Below the pieces are notes generated by a model that did not search any database, was not told the DNA's origin, and saw only the letters and a program-made list of their open reading frames with translations. A DNA stretch of 27,657 bases. It comes from a virus. Its lineage: Duplodnaviria; Heunggongvirae; Uroviricota; Caudoviricetes. Both the position numbers and the translations under genes were made by a program. Shown in pieces: positions 1-8,371 of this stretch. The stretch lies in the IMG/VR virus record IMGVR_UViG_2703718778_000008. One strand, written 5' to 3'. Positions within the stretch are counted from its first letter, which is position 1. Every line of letters begins with the position of its first letter.

Positions 1-2
1 AA

Positions 3-164
3 CACAACGAAAAATATCTCGACCCTACAAATGACGAGGACAATATGAGCGACACAACGATCCTGCAAAACAGTACCCAAGTTAAAAAATATCCATCTAA
101 GGCATTGAATTTTATTTGTTTGTTAAATGCTTTGCCTACATATTGCCTTGCTTTGAGAATATAA
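3..164 (+). CDS. 3' end of an unidentified ORF open at the window start
   Basis: Frame is open from position 3 to TAA at 162-164 (ends ...LNALPTYCLALRI*); AT-rich; followed directly by a hairpin terminator. No recognisable motif. Confidence 0.2.
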   Translation, partial: HNEKYLDPTNDEDNMSDTTILQNSTQVKKYPSKALNFICLLNALPTYCLALRI

Positions 165-201
165 AAAGCCCGCAGTTTTTACGCTGCGGGCTTTATTTTT
201 T
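165..201. terminator. Rho-independent terminator, probably bidirectional
   Basis: Inverted repeat GCCCGCAG (168-175) / CTGCGGGC (184-191), flanked by an A-run upstream and TTTATTTTTT downstream; sits between the plus-strand ORF end and the minus-strand Hok-like ORF end. Confidence 0.7.
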
Positions 202-286
202 CTTTGTGACTTGCGTGTGAGGGTGCTACTTTCGGCCTTACCCTGACAACCGATTGACGGGGGATTACTCCCCCGTCGCGGTTTCC

Positions 287-427
287 TTACTGCTTACACT
301 GTAAGAGCGCCGCAAACTCCGCTCCCCAGATGTTCATCCGTATTTCACACAGCGAACCATGTAACATCCAGATGATGAGGATTGCCGTCACGCAGAACGT
401 GATGGCCATAAGCGATTTTTGCGACAT
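287..427 (-). CDS. Hok/Gef-family type I toxin-like small membrane protein (46 aa)
   Basis: Manual translation of the minus strand: MSQKSLMAITFCVTAILIIWMLHGSLCEIRMNIWGAEFAALLQCKQ. Hydrophobic N-terminal helix followed by SLCEIR and EFAA, matching the Hok signature (R1 Hok: ...[20 protein letters not shown]...). AGGAG 8 nt upstream of ATG. Absent from the ORF track because it is under 60 aa. Confidence 0.6.
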   Translation of the reverse strand: MSQKSLMAITFCVTAILIIWMLHGSLCEIRMNIWGAEFAALLQCKQ

Positions 428-560
428 AGCGCTTGCTCCTTTGTTGGAGAGGCGCTAACCTTCCACTTGTCTAGGGTAGGAATGGTTAGGGCCTCGGGTT
501 AAACAATATGTTTGACTCGGGGCCTTTCCACATCCGGCCTTCAGGTTTTCCTTCCAGCCG

Positions 561-863
561 TCAGCCGAAAGGCACCCGCGCGTAATGTACTGGTTTTAAA
601 GCCATACCGCAATCCTCCAGTTGTAGCGTTAACTGACTGCGTCCCTGATGGGATTTGCGCATTGTCTCCCGTGGAATATCTTTATCGTGGAAGATCAACT
701 GAGGCTGGCCAATAATTCTGTGCACACTTTCCATTGTTGAAAATGTGGCGCTGCACTCAAGGTTATTGCACTGATAGTATTTGTAGCGGATGGTGCCGGT
801 ATCATTGGCGGCTTTACTGGTACGGATCCGGGCAGATGCGCCGCAGAATGGACAATGAAACAT
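561..863 (-). CDS. ogr: Ogr/Delta-family zinc-finger late transcription activator
   Basis: MFHCPFCGASARIRTSKAANDTGTIRYKYYQCNNLECSATF... has the C-X2-C-X24-C-X4-C arrangement and strong resemblance to P2 Ogr. Start taken at the internal ATG at 863 (GGGGGT upstream), after the stop of D. Confidence 0.85.
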   Translation of the reverse strand: MFHCPFCGASARIRTSKAANDTGTIRYKYYQCNNLECSATFSTMESVHRIIGQPQLIFHDKDIPRETMRKSHQGRSQLTLQLEDCGMALKPVHYARVPFG

Positions 864-907
864 TGATATACCCCCCTGGCTGAACTGGGGTTGAACTCGT
901 CGCCATT

Positions 908-2032
908 CTAACCATTGCTTTCCTTTTCGGCTATCCACTCGGGTATTCTTGCCTCCAGTTCAAGCCTTGTGGTGAAGCCGCTTCCGTCGATATTGTGTTC
1001 CACTTTTGCAATGAGCCAGTCCTGATTGTCTATTTCGGTTTTAAAGCCGGTTACCGTGCCATGCATTTCAGGGTAAAGCTCCGCTCTGCCCCGGGCCAGC
1101 GTGATGGAGAATTCAGCCGCACCGCGCTGTAATTGCTGCCACCTGGCGGCAGCTGCGCGCTGTGCAGCAATTTCATTTGGGTAGGTTTTTCTCAGAACGA
1201 ACACGTTACCTTCTGCCCCCTCCATGTAGCTGCCTTCCCGGCTGCTGCTCTTTTCAGCGTGAGTTTTTCGTTTTTTTATGTTGACGGCTTTCTTTTTGCC
1301 ATGATTCAAATCCAGCCAGTACGCCTTCACCCCTGTGTATGCCTGGCGATCGGCTATTCTGAACTGGTGACTGTCTCCGTCACTGCGTGCCAGTGCAAAT
1401 GAGGGGAGTGGGCGCCCGTCAGCTGTCACGCCGCCACCCGGCAGAATGAACAGCAGACAGCCATTTTTGACGGTAGTGATGGCTCCCAGCATATCAGCCA
1501 TGCGGGTAAGGAATGACATGTCGCTTTCTTCCGTCTGGTCGGCATGATCGATTTCAATATCCATAAGCATATCGCTTATCTGGGCTTTCAGTCCGTAACG
1601 GTGGGCAATAGCGGAAACCACGCGTTCAACAGTCACGTCGTGCCAGGATACTTCCCGTTTGACGTTAAATTCCTCCCTGAAGTCTGCGCTGTTTGCACTC
1701 AGTGTCAGCCGATCCGGAGGTCCTTCATGAGCGACCTCATCAACAATGTAGGTGCCTTTATCAACCAGAGGCTCTCCCTTCCATCCCAGCATGACTCTGA
1801 TGTGTGTTCCCCGCCCGGGGAGAGCCAGCTGCCCGTCGGCATCATCCAGCACAAGAGTGACCCTGTCTGCTTCAAACCCCCGGTTGTCTGTCATGGAAAG
1901 CGATATCACCCGGTTATTCAGTTCCTGAAGAGTGTTTTTATCCTGCTCCCTGTCCAGTGAAACGCTGAAATCAGGCATTTTCACCAGTTCTTTCAGGGGG
2001 GAATAAACCGTGTTACCGTTCAGCAATACCAT
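908..2032 (-). CDS. D: P2 gpD-like tail protein
   Basis: Long minus-strand ORF with gpD-like sequence throughout. Start set at ATG 2032 (MVLLNGNTVYSPL...), preceded by GGAGGA; the longer track ORF (to 2383) would overlap the FI start. Confidence 0.8.
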   Translation of the reverse strand: MVLLNGNTVYSPLKELVKMPDFSVSLDREQDKNTLQELNNRVISLSMTDNRGFEADRVTLVLDDADGQLALPGRGTHIRVMLGWKGEPLVDKGTYIVDEVAHEGPPDRLTLSANSADFREEFNVKREVSWHDVTVERVVSAIAHRYGLKAQISDMLMDIEIDHADQTEESDMSFLTRMADMLGAITTVKNGCLLFILPGGGVTADGRPLPSFALARSDGDSHQFRIADRQAYTGVKAYWLDLNHGKKKAVNIKKRKTHAEKSSSREGSYMEGAEGNVFVLRKTYPNEIAAQRAAAARWQQLQRGAAEFSITLARGRAELYPEMHGTVTGFKTEIDNQDWLIAKVEHNIDGSGFTTRLELEARIPEWIAEKESNG

Positions 2033-2186
2033 AATTCCTCCGTTTTTCCCGCCACAGTTGCATACCAGAAACACCACCGGAATGAGTTTGGGTTGTATGT
2101 GTATTGCGAGAAACCGCAGTTCGTGAAAAAGCTCCCCGTGTTCGTAAAGATCTCTGCTGAACTCACACCAATGCAGGGTGAATAAT
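2033..2186. promoter_or_regulatory. Divergent intergenic region between D and FI; expected to hold the late (PF-type) promoter for the FI operon
   Basis: 154 bp non-coding gap between two divergently oriented structural genes. No Ogr site (TGT-N12-ACA) could be identified confidently by eye. Confidence 0.35.
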
Positions 2187-3374
2187 ATGGCTGAAACCCG
2201 TTTCCATGGCGTGCGGGTCCGGGAGAATGCGGATCTGGTCACGGCCATTAATGATATTGACTCCAGTGTGATTGGTATCGTGGCTGTTGCTGATGATGCT
2301 GATACAAAAACATTTCCGCTGGATAAGCCGGTGCTCCTGACGCGTGTCATGGATGTGCTGGGTAAGGCCGGAAAAACCGGCACGCTGTATAAAAGTCTGA
2401 AAGCTATTGCCGATCAGGTCAGCACCAGAGTTGTTGTGGTGCGGGTTGCTGCTGCGAAGGAGGGGGATGGTCAGCCGACACAAACGCAGCTTGTTATTGG
2501 TGAGGTCAAAAATGACGGAACCTATACAGGCATGCAGGCGCTCCTGGTGGCTGAACAGAATGAGGCTGTTGGTGTTCGTCCCAGGATCCTGGCCGTGCCA
2601 TCGCTTGACACCAAAGAGGTGGTGGCGGCACTGGTAACCGTCGCGAAAAAGCTGCGTGCCTTTGTGTATGCGGGCTGTCCCGGCTGTAATACCGTGCAGG
2701 AGGCTGTTACCTGGCGCGCCGATCTTGCTCACCGTGAAGTTATGCTGATCTGGCCTGATTTTATCGCGTACAACCCTAACAGTGGCCAGAATGAGGCTTT
2801 TCCTGCATCTGCGTATGCGTGCGGGTTGCGTGCGAAGATTGACCACGAGCAGGGCTGGCATAAATCCCTGTCCAATGTGGCAGTGAATAATGTCCTGGGT
2901 ATTTCTGTGCCGGTGTTCTGGTCGCTCCAGGCAGAGGACAGTGACGCGGAAACCCTCAATGACAAGGAGATCACCACACTCATTAAACGTAACGGCTTCC
3001 GTTTCTGGGGTAACCGGACTCTCGACACCACTACCTACACCTTTGAGACCTACACGCGTACGGCGCAGTCGCTGGCGGATACCATCGCCGAATCGCAGTT
3101 TGAAACCGTGGACAAGCCGCTGACGCCGTCGAACGTGAAGGATGTGTTAAGCGATATCCGGGCAAAACTGAGTGCCCTTGTGACAGCGGGTAAACTTATC
3201 GGGGCAGAGTGCTGGTATGACGTGGTGGATAACGGCACAACGGATCTGCGTCAGGGGATTGTGCGGATCCGCTACAGATATACGCCGGTACCACCGCTTG
3301 AAGATCTGGAGCTTCACCAGACGTTTACTGATGAGTTCTTTGACGGTGCATTTGCATCACTGGGAGGTGAGTAA
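2187..3374 (+). CDS. FI: Tail sheath protein
   Basis: Near full-length similarity to P2 gpFI (e.g. ...TFPLDKPVLLT..., ...GFRFWGNRT..., ...RYRYTPVPPLEDLEL...). ATG at 2187 with AGGG upstream. Confidence 0.9.
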   Translation: MAETRFHGVRVRENADLVTAINDIDSSVIGIVAVADDADTKTFPLDKPVLLTRVMDVLGKAGKTGTLYKSLKAIADQVSTRVVVVRVAAAKEGDGQPTQTQLVIGEVKNDGTYTGMQALLVAEQNEAVGVRPRILAVPSLDTKEVVAALVTVAKKLRAFVYAGCPGCNTVQEAVTWRADLAHREVMLIWPDFIAYNPNSGQNEAFPASAYACGLRAKIDHEQGWHKSLSNVAVNNVLGISVPVFWSLQAEDSDAETLNDKEITTLIKRNGFRFWGNRTLDTTTYTFETYTRTAQSLADTIAESQFETVDKPLTPSNVKDVLSDIRAKLSALVTAGKLIGAECWYDVVDNGTTDLRQGIVRIRYRYTPVPPLEDLELHQTFTDEFFDGAFASLGGE

Positions 3375-3883
3375 TGGCGGTACCAAACAAACTTCGCGTT
3401 TTCACGGTGTACATCGATGGCGAAAACAAGCTGGGGCGGGTGACGTCCTTCACGCCGCCTAAACTGACCCGAAAAACGGAGTCCTTCCGTGGTGCCGGGA
3501 TGCCCGGCAGTGTTTCCGTCGACTTTGGTCTTGATGATGGTGCACTGGATCTCTCTTTTGCGGTAGGCGGCGCAGATGCCCACCTTTTCTCCCGTTATGC
3601 CGGGTCACTTGATGAAGTCTGTCTTCGCTTTTCCGGTGAGTACTATTCGGATGCGGATATCAGATATGTGGATATTGAGGTCCGCGGGCGCATCACTGAA
3701 ATCGATATGGGGGAGGCGAAGCAGGGTGAAGACACTGAGCACAGTTATTCGATGAAAAACACCTGGTACAGACTGAGTGTGGACGATCGGGAAAAAATCG
3801 AATTTGATGTGCTGAATTTTATCTGGCGCATTGACGGTAAGGATGTGCTGCCGGATCGCACCCGCTCGATGCTGGGCTTCTGA
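3374..3883 (+). CDS. FII: Tail tube protein
   Basis: MAVPNKLRVFTVYIDGENKLGRVTSFTPPKL... typical of P2 gpFII; start overlaps the FI stop (TAATG). Confidence 0.9.
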   Translation: MAVPNKLRVFTVYIDGENKLGRVTSFTPPKLTRKTESFRGAGMPGSVSVDFGLDDGALDLSFAVGGADAHLFSRYAGSLDEVCLRFSGEYYSDADIRYVDIEVRGRITEIDMGEAKQGEDTEHSYSMKNTWYRLSVDDREKIEFDVLNFIWRIDGKDVLPDRTRSMLGF

Positions 3884-3930
3884 TTATTGTTTAACAGAGA
3901 ACGGCGGGGATCCCGCCGTGGAGACTGAAA

Positions 3931-4320
3931 ATGGATAAAGAAACGGAAATGGCCACTGACACTGCCGTCAGTAACGGGGAGGCTTCCGCGGTGGCAGTTG
4001 CCGCTACGGCTGCACCTAAGAACGTGGTGAAGCTGACGGTGCCTGTTGTGCGCGGAGATGTGTCGTACAGTGAAATTAAAATCGGACCGCTGGCGAATCA
4101 GGCCGGATCGCTGCGTGGGCTGTCTTTGCTTGCGCTTTACAACATGAACTGTGATGCCATGGTCACCTGGCTTGCGCGTGTGACAGAGCCAAAACTTAAG
4201 GAGGCCGAAATGTATGCCATGAATACGGCGGATTTTACGGCGCTGAGCTCGGCGGCGGTTAATTTTTTCGCACCCTCGGGGTCGAATGCACCGGCACCGG
4301 AGAACACGGCAGAGCCGTAA
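3931..4320 (+). CDS. E: Tail assembly chaperone E
   Basis: Size, position between FII and T, and slippery site near its 3' end are characteristic of P2 gpE. Confidence 0.8.
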   Translation: MDKETEMATDTAVSNGEASAVAVAATAAPKNVVKLTVPVVRGDVSYSEIKIGPLANQAGSLRGLSLLALYNMNCDAMVTWLARVTEPKLKEAEMYAMNTADFTALSSAAVNFFAPSGSNAPAPENTAEP

Positions 4321-4478
4321 CCTGTCTTTGCTTTGACTGCATTGAAGATCCCGTTGCGGATATTGCTGTTATTTTTAACTGGCCGCCCGCAGAGATATTT
4401 GCAATGACGCCTGCAGAGGTGGTCGCCTGGCGTGAGCGGGCGGCTGCCAGAAGCGGAAGTCACAATCATGATGAATAA
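3931..4478 (+). CDS. E': Tail assembly chaperone E+E', product of a programmed -1 frameshift
   Basis: Slippery heptamer T_TTT_TTC at 4263-4269 in the E frame; the -1 frame stays open to TAA at 4476-4478 and encodes ...NWPPAEIFAMTPAEVVAWRERAAARSGSHNHDE, resembling P2 E'. Confidence 0.6.
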
Positions 4479-7260
4479 TCTGCATATCAGGGTTGCTCTG
4501 GCGGCGGCAGACACCCTGACACAACCTCTCAGGCGCGCCCGCGAAACCGTGGGCGCGCTTTCTGATTCCCTCCGTGAAACTCAGGACTCCATCCGCTCGC
4601 TTGAACGGCAGAGTGAAGCCTTTGCTGCGGCACAGACTAAATTTGACGAAGCCACCCGGAAAATTGCCGCTGTTCAGCAGCAACTGAACCGTCTGCAGCA
4701 GGCGGAGCGTGAGGATACCGTGCTCAGTGAACGGCAGCGTGAAATGATGGCTTCGCTGACCACCCGGCTTGAACGTCTGAACCGGGTGAGGGATGTACAT
4801 CAGCGACGCCTGGAGGATTCACGCCGGGAGCTGGAGAGACACGGTATTGCCGCAGAGGGCAGCAGTCAGACCATACAGGCAGCCATTCGCCGGACGGCAG
4901 AGTATAACGAAGAGCTGGCGCGACAGCGGCAGGCACTCGCACAGGTGACCCGTGCACAGCAACGCTATGAACAGGCGCAGGAGCGACTCGGGCGGATACG
5001 TAATGCCGGTGCGGCGGCACTGGCTGCCGGTGCAGCAGGACTTTACGCTGGCGGGCGTGCTGTTGCGCCGGTGATGGATCTCCAGCGTCATGGTGCCGTC
5101 ATTGCGGCTCAGGCAGGAGAGGGCGCGTCAGATGCCGTGGGGTATACCGGGGTTATAAACCACATGGTTCATACCGGTATCACACCGGATGCACAACTGG
5201 CGGCTGAAGCTGTGGGTGCTGTCCGCTCCACTCTGGGTGGGCTGGGGGCGGTTAGTGAGAATGAACTGACCCGAATCACCCGAAAAATGCTGGATATGCA
5301 GGCCGTGATGGGGGGCGATATCCCGCAGCACATTCAGGCGGCTGCCATCATGATCAAAAACGGTCTTGCACGCAGCAGTGACGAGGCGGTTGATCTGATG
5401 GTGGCGGGCATGCAGCGCATGGGGCCGGTTATGCGCGATGAGCTGCCTGAGATCCTTCACGAGTATTCGACCCATTTTCGTAACATGGGGCTGACAGGGT
5501 CGGAAACCATGACGCTCCTTGCGGATATGGCGCAGCAGGGGAAGTTTGCGCTGGATAAAACCGGCGATGCCATCAAGGAGTTCAGTATTCGCGGCTCCGA
5601 TATGTCAAAGGCGAGTGCTGAAGCGTATGCGCTTATCGGGCTGGATGCAGCCAGGATGTCATCGGCTGTAGCCAGTGGTGGAACGGCTGCACGGGCTGCG
5701 CTGCAGAAAACAGCCTCGGGTCTGTTGCAGATCGTCGATCCGGCTGAGCGGGCCAATGCGGCCATCGCACTTTTTGGTACACCGGTTGAAGATCTGTCTG
5801 TCGATCAAATCCCTGCCTTTCTTGGCGCGCTGGCGCGGGTGTCTGACCGTATGGCTGACGTGTCTGGTGTGGCGGACCGGATGGGGCAAACCCTGCGTGA
5901 CAATCTGAGTGGTGATGTGGCGCGGCTTACCGGGACGTTCAGCGCGCTGAGAAGTGGGATTATCGGGGAGATTACGGACGATCTGCGTGGGCTTGTCCGG
6001 ATGGCCACAGCGTGGGGTGAGCGTCTGCAGGCGTGGGTGAATGCGCATCCGGAACTGGTGCGAATGATTGCGCTGACGACGGGAGCGGTGCTGGCGTTAA
6101 CCACAGCGGTGGGGGCGTTGTCCGTTGCGGCCTGGATGGTTGTCGCACCGTTACTGAAACTGCGTCTGGGGCTTGCCCTGCTTCGCGCGATCCCGGCCGG
6201 ACTCTCCGTTGCCGGTACGCTGTTTGGCGGACTGACGGGTGTGATTTCAGCCGTGGGGGCTGCGCTGGGGGCGCTGACCTGGCCGGTTGTGGTGGCGGTG
6301 GGAGCCCTGGTCGGTGGTGCTCTGCTGATCTGGCGCTACTGGGATCGGGTCAGGGCGTTTGTGAGCGGATTTATTGAAGGGGTACAGTCAGCACTGGCGC
6401 CCTTCATGGCGACAGCCTCCCGTTTTGCGCCGCTGCTGGATCTGGTTTCAGGGGCACTGTCCCGTATTCTGGGATGGTTTAAATCCCTGTTAACGCCAGT
6501 CTCCTCCACGCGTGATTTGCTTGAGCAGTGCACCTCTGCCGGGCAGACGTTCGGGAGCACTCTGGCCGGTGCGTTAGCCACGGTTTTTTCGCCCCTGAAA
6601 GCTCTTATTGACGGTCTGGCGTGGGTGCTGGAAAAACTCGGTGTTCTGCCCGGTGAAGCTGAGCGGGTTAAGCGAAAACTGGATGAGGCCCGTAAAACGC
6701 CGGTGGCATGGGAGTGGGATCCGGAACAGAAAAAAATGGTTCAGAAGGCGTGGCACTGGTCGCCTCCTGGTGGGGCCAGTGTGCCTTCCGGCGCCTCCGG
6801 TACACAGCCTCCGCCGGTGGCGCTCCCTGCGGGGATAGCGCCGGACGGTAACCGTAACGTTCTCCGTCACCTGAAAGGCATTGAGGGGAATACCGGTGGT
6901 CTGCTGGCTGAAAACCGTAAACGTATCGGACCCGGAGATATTGTGTTTAAACATCTTCCACGGGCGCTGGCGGTCCGGGGGCAGTGGCATGAACCTGTCG
7001 TTGCGCCGTCTTCCGGCGGAATGCGCGCGCTGCCACAGGAGGAGATTCAGGTGCAGCAATGGCCGACGGCACGCCCGGCGCCACGAATGCACCAGCAGGA
7101 AACCTTCGCCAGCGCCTTTCAGGGGGAGATACATGTGCATCTTCACGGGGTGAGTTCGTATAATCCCCGGGAACTGGCGCGCATGGTTGGTGACGCTGTC
7201 AGGGCGGAAATGAACAGAATGGCACGTGCCGGAACCGGCAGCTTCCGCGATCGCGACTGA
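4468..7260 (+). CDS. T: Tail tape measure protein
   Basis: About 930 aa; coiled-coil N-terminal region and Gly/Ala-rich hydrophobic middle segment; follows E/E'. Start at ATG 4468 (MMNNLHIRV) with GGAAG upstream; the track's earlier start is a GTG. Confidence 0.85.
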   Translation: MMNNLHIRVALAAADTLTQPLRRARETVGALSDSLRETQDSIRSLERQSEAFAAAQTKFDEATRKIAAVQQQLNRLQQAEREDTVLSERQREMMASLTTRLERLNRVRDVHQRRLEDSRRELERHGIAAEGSSQTIQAAIRRTAEYNEELARQRQALAQVTRAQQRYEQAQERLGRIRNAGAAALAAGAAGLYAGGRAVAPVMDLQRHGAVIAAQAGEGASDAVGYTGVINHMVHTGITPDAQLAAEAVGAVRSTLGGLGAVSENELTRITRKMLDMQAVMGGDIPQHIQAAAIMIKNGLARSSDEAVDLMVAGMQRMGPVMRDELPEILHEYSTHFRNMGLTGSETMTLLADMAQQGKFALDKTGDAIKEFSIRGSDMSKASAEAYALIGLDAARMSSAVASGGTAARAALQKTASGLLQIVDPAERANAAIALFGTPVEDLSVDQIPAFLGALARVSDRMADVSGVADRMGQTLRDNLSGDVARLTGTFSALRSGIIGEITDDLRGLVRMATAWGERLQAWVNAHPELVRMIALTTGAVLALTTAVGALSVAAWMVVAPLLKLRLGLALLRAIPAGLSVAGTLFGGLTGVISAVGAALGALTWPVVVAVGALVGGALLIWRYWDRVRAFVSGFIEGVQSALAPFMATASRFAPLLDLVSGALSRILGWFKSLLTPVSSTRDLLEQCTSAGQTFGSTLAGALATVFSPLKALIDGLAWVLEKLGVLPGEAERVKRKLDEARKTPVAWEWDPEQKKMVQKAWHWSPPGGASVPSGASGTQPPPVALPAGIAPDGNRNVLRHLKGIEGNTGGLLAENRKRIGPGDIVFKHLPRALAVRGQWHEPVVAPSSGGMRALPQEEIQVQQWPTARPAPRMHQQETFASAFQGEIHVHLHGVSSYNPRELARMVGDAVRAEMNRMARAGTGSFRDRD

Positions 7261-7270
7261 GGTGAAAAAG

Positions 7271-7762
7271 ATGATGATGATTTATGGGATGTTTGTGTTT
7301 CAGTTAAGTACCCTGCCGCATCAGCAGGTGGAACAGAGTAAACGCTGGCGACACGTCAGTAATGAACGGGTTAACCGTTCATCCTCCTGGCAGTATATTG
7401 GCTCTGGTGAAGATCACATCACGATGTCCGGTGTGCTCTGTCCGGAAATCACCGGCGGGGAGGTGTCACTGACTGCCCTGAACACCCTGGCCTACACAGG
7501 ATTACCTTGGCCACTGATTGATGGTGTCGGACAGATTTACGGGATGTATGTCATTACGGAAATCAGGACCACCCGTCAGGAGCTGGATCGCTATGGCATG
7601 GCCCGCAAAATTGAGTTCACTGTCAGCTTTCAGCGATGCAATGAAGATCTGCGTGAGCGTCTTCAGTCGGGCTCGGTGGGTGATCTGATGGCAGGATTAA
7701 AAAACAGCGCGTCGTCGGCCCTGTCGTCGGCGTCCTCTGCGCTGTCTGGTCTCATGTTGTGA
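7271..7762 (+). CDS. U: Tail protein U
   Basis: MMMIYGMFVFQLSTLPHQ...GVLCPEITGG...GQIYGMYVITEI... closely parallels P2 gpU; ATG triplet at 7271 after GAGGTGA. Confidence 0.85.
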   Translation: MMMIYGMFVFQLSTLPHQQVEQSKRWRHVSNERVNRSSSWQYIGSGEDHITMSGVLCPEITGGEVSLTALNTLAYTGLPWPLIDGVGQIYGMYVITEIRTTRQELDRYGMARKIEFTVSFQRCNEDLRERLQSGSVGDLMAGLKNSASSALSSASSALSGLML

Positions 7763-7772
7763 AGGTCACTGT

Positions 7773-8360
7773 TCAGGCTTCGGCTTCTTTTCCCCAGCCA
7801 ACCTTATAGTCCAGAATCGCCGCCGTATCGTTCAGGGCGGCGATCTCTTTTTTCATGTTACGCTGGCGAATGTGAATTTCCATCCCTTTGGCAAACAGGG
7901 CTTTTGCGGCTGCATCGCTGAGGGCAATCAGCTCATCAGCAGAAACAGGAACATCGTTGTTCTGTGCATCAGTCCAGAAAAAATCCAGCGGCAGGATCCC
8001 CGCTTTTGCGGCAGCAACGGAAGGCTCAAGGCGGGCCTGCGTTGACTTCCCGTAGTCCCATTTCCTGCCGTTATGTTCAAAGGTGTAACTCGCCGCTTCC
8101 ATCGCATTACGCCAGGCGTTGATTTCGTCGTTTTTCAGGCGTCTGGCGTTTTCCCTGTCAGTGTCGTTTTCCTGGTATTCAGATACAGAGCCGTGATTTC
8201 CTGCTTTCAGTTCGCCCCAGAGTTTTTTGCCGTGTGGCGAGTTGTCATATTCGGTTGCCGTATAGGGCAGCCAGCTCTCCTCCCCTTCAAACTGGATCTC
8301 ACAGTCGATAGTGCCGTCACGGTTATAAGCGGCATTTCTTGCTGATTTGATTGTGTGCAT
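7773..8360 (-). CDS. G: Tail fibre assembly protein
   Basis: Lies immediately downstream of H on the same strand; C-terminal region typical of P2 gpG / Tfa proteins. Confidence 0.75.
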   Translation of the reverse strand: MHTIKSARNAAYNRDGTIDCEIQFEGEESWLPYTATEYDNSPHGKKLWGELKAGNHGSVSEYQENDTDRENARRLKNDEINAWRNAMEAASYTFEHNGRKWDYGKSTQARLEPSVAAAKAGILPLDFFWTDAQNNDVPVSADELIALSDAAAKALFAKGMEIHIRQRNMKKEIAALNDTAAILDYKVGWGKEAEA

Positions 8361-8371
8361 GAGTCTCTCCG

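Noticed and set aside
512-715. 67 aa plus-strand ORF
   Set aside because: Runs antisense to the ogr coding region and the Hok leader; no RBS or motif. Most likely a shadow ORF, although an antisense RNA (not a protein) in this region remains possible.
908-2383. Full-length 491 aa version of the D ORF in the ORF track
   Set aside because: The 5' 350 nt would overlap the FI start and the D/FI intergenic region; the internal ATG at 2032 has a GGAGGA RBS and gives a gpD-sized protein.
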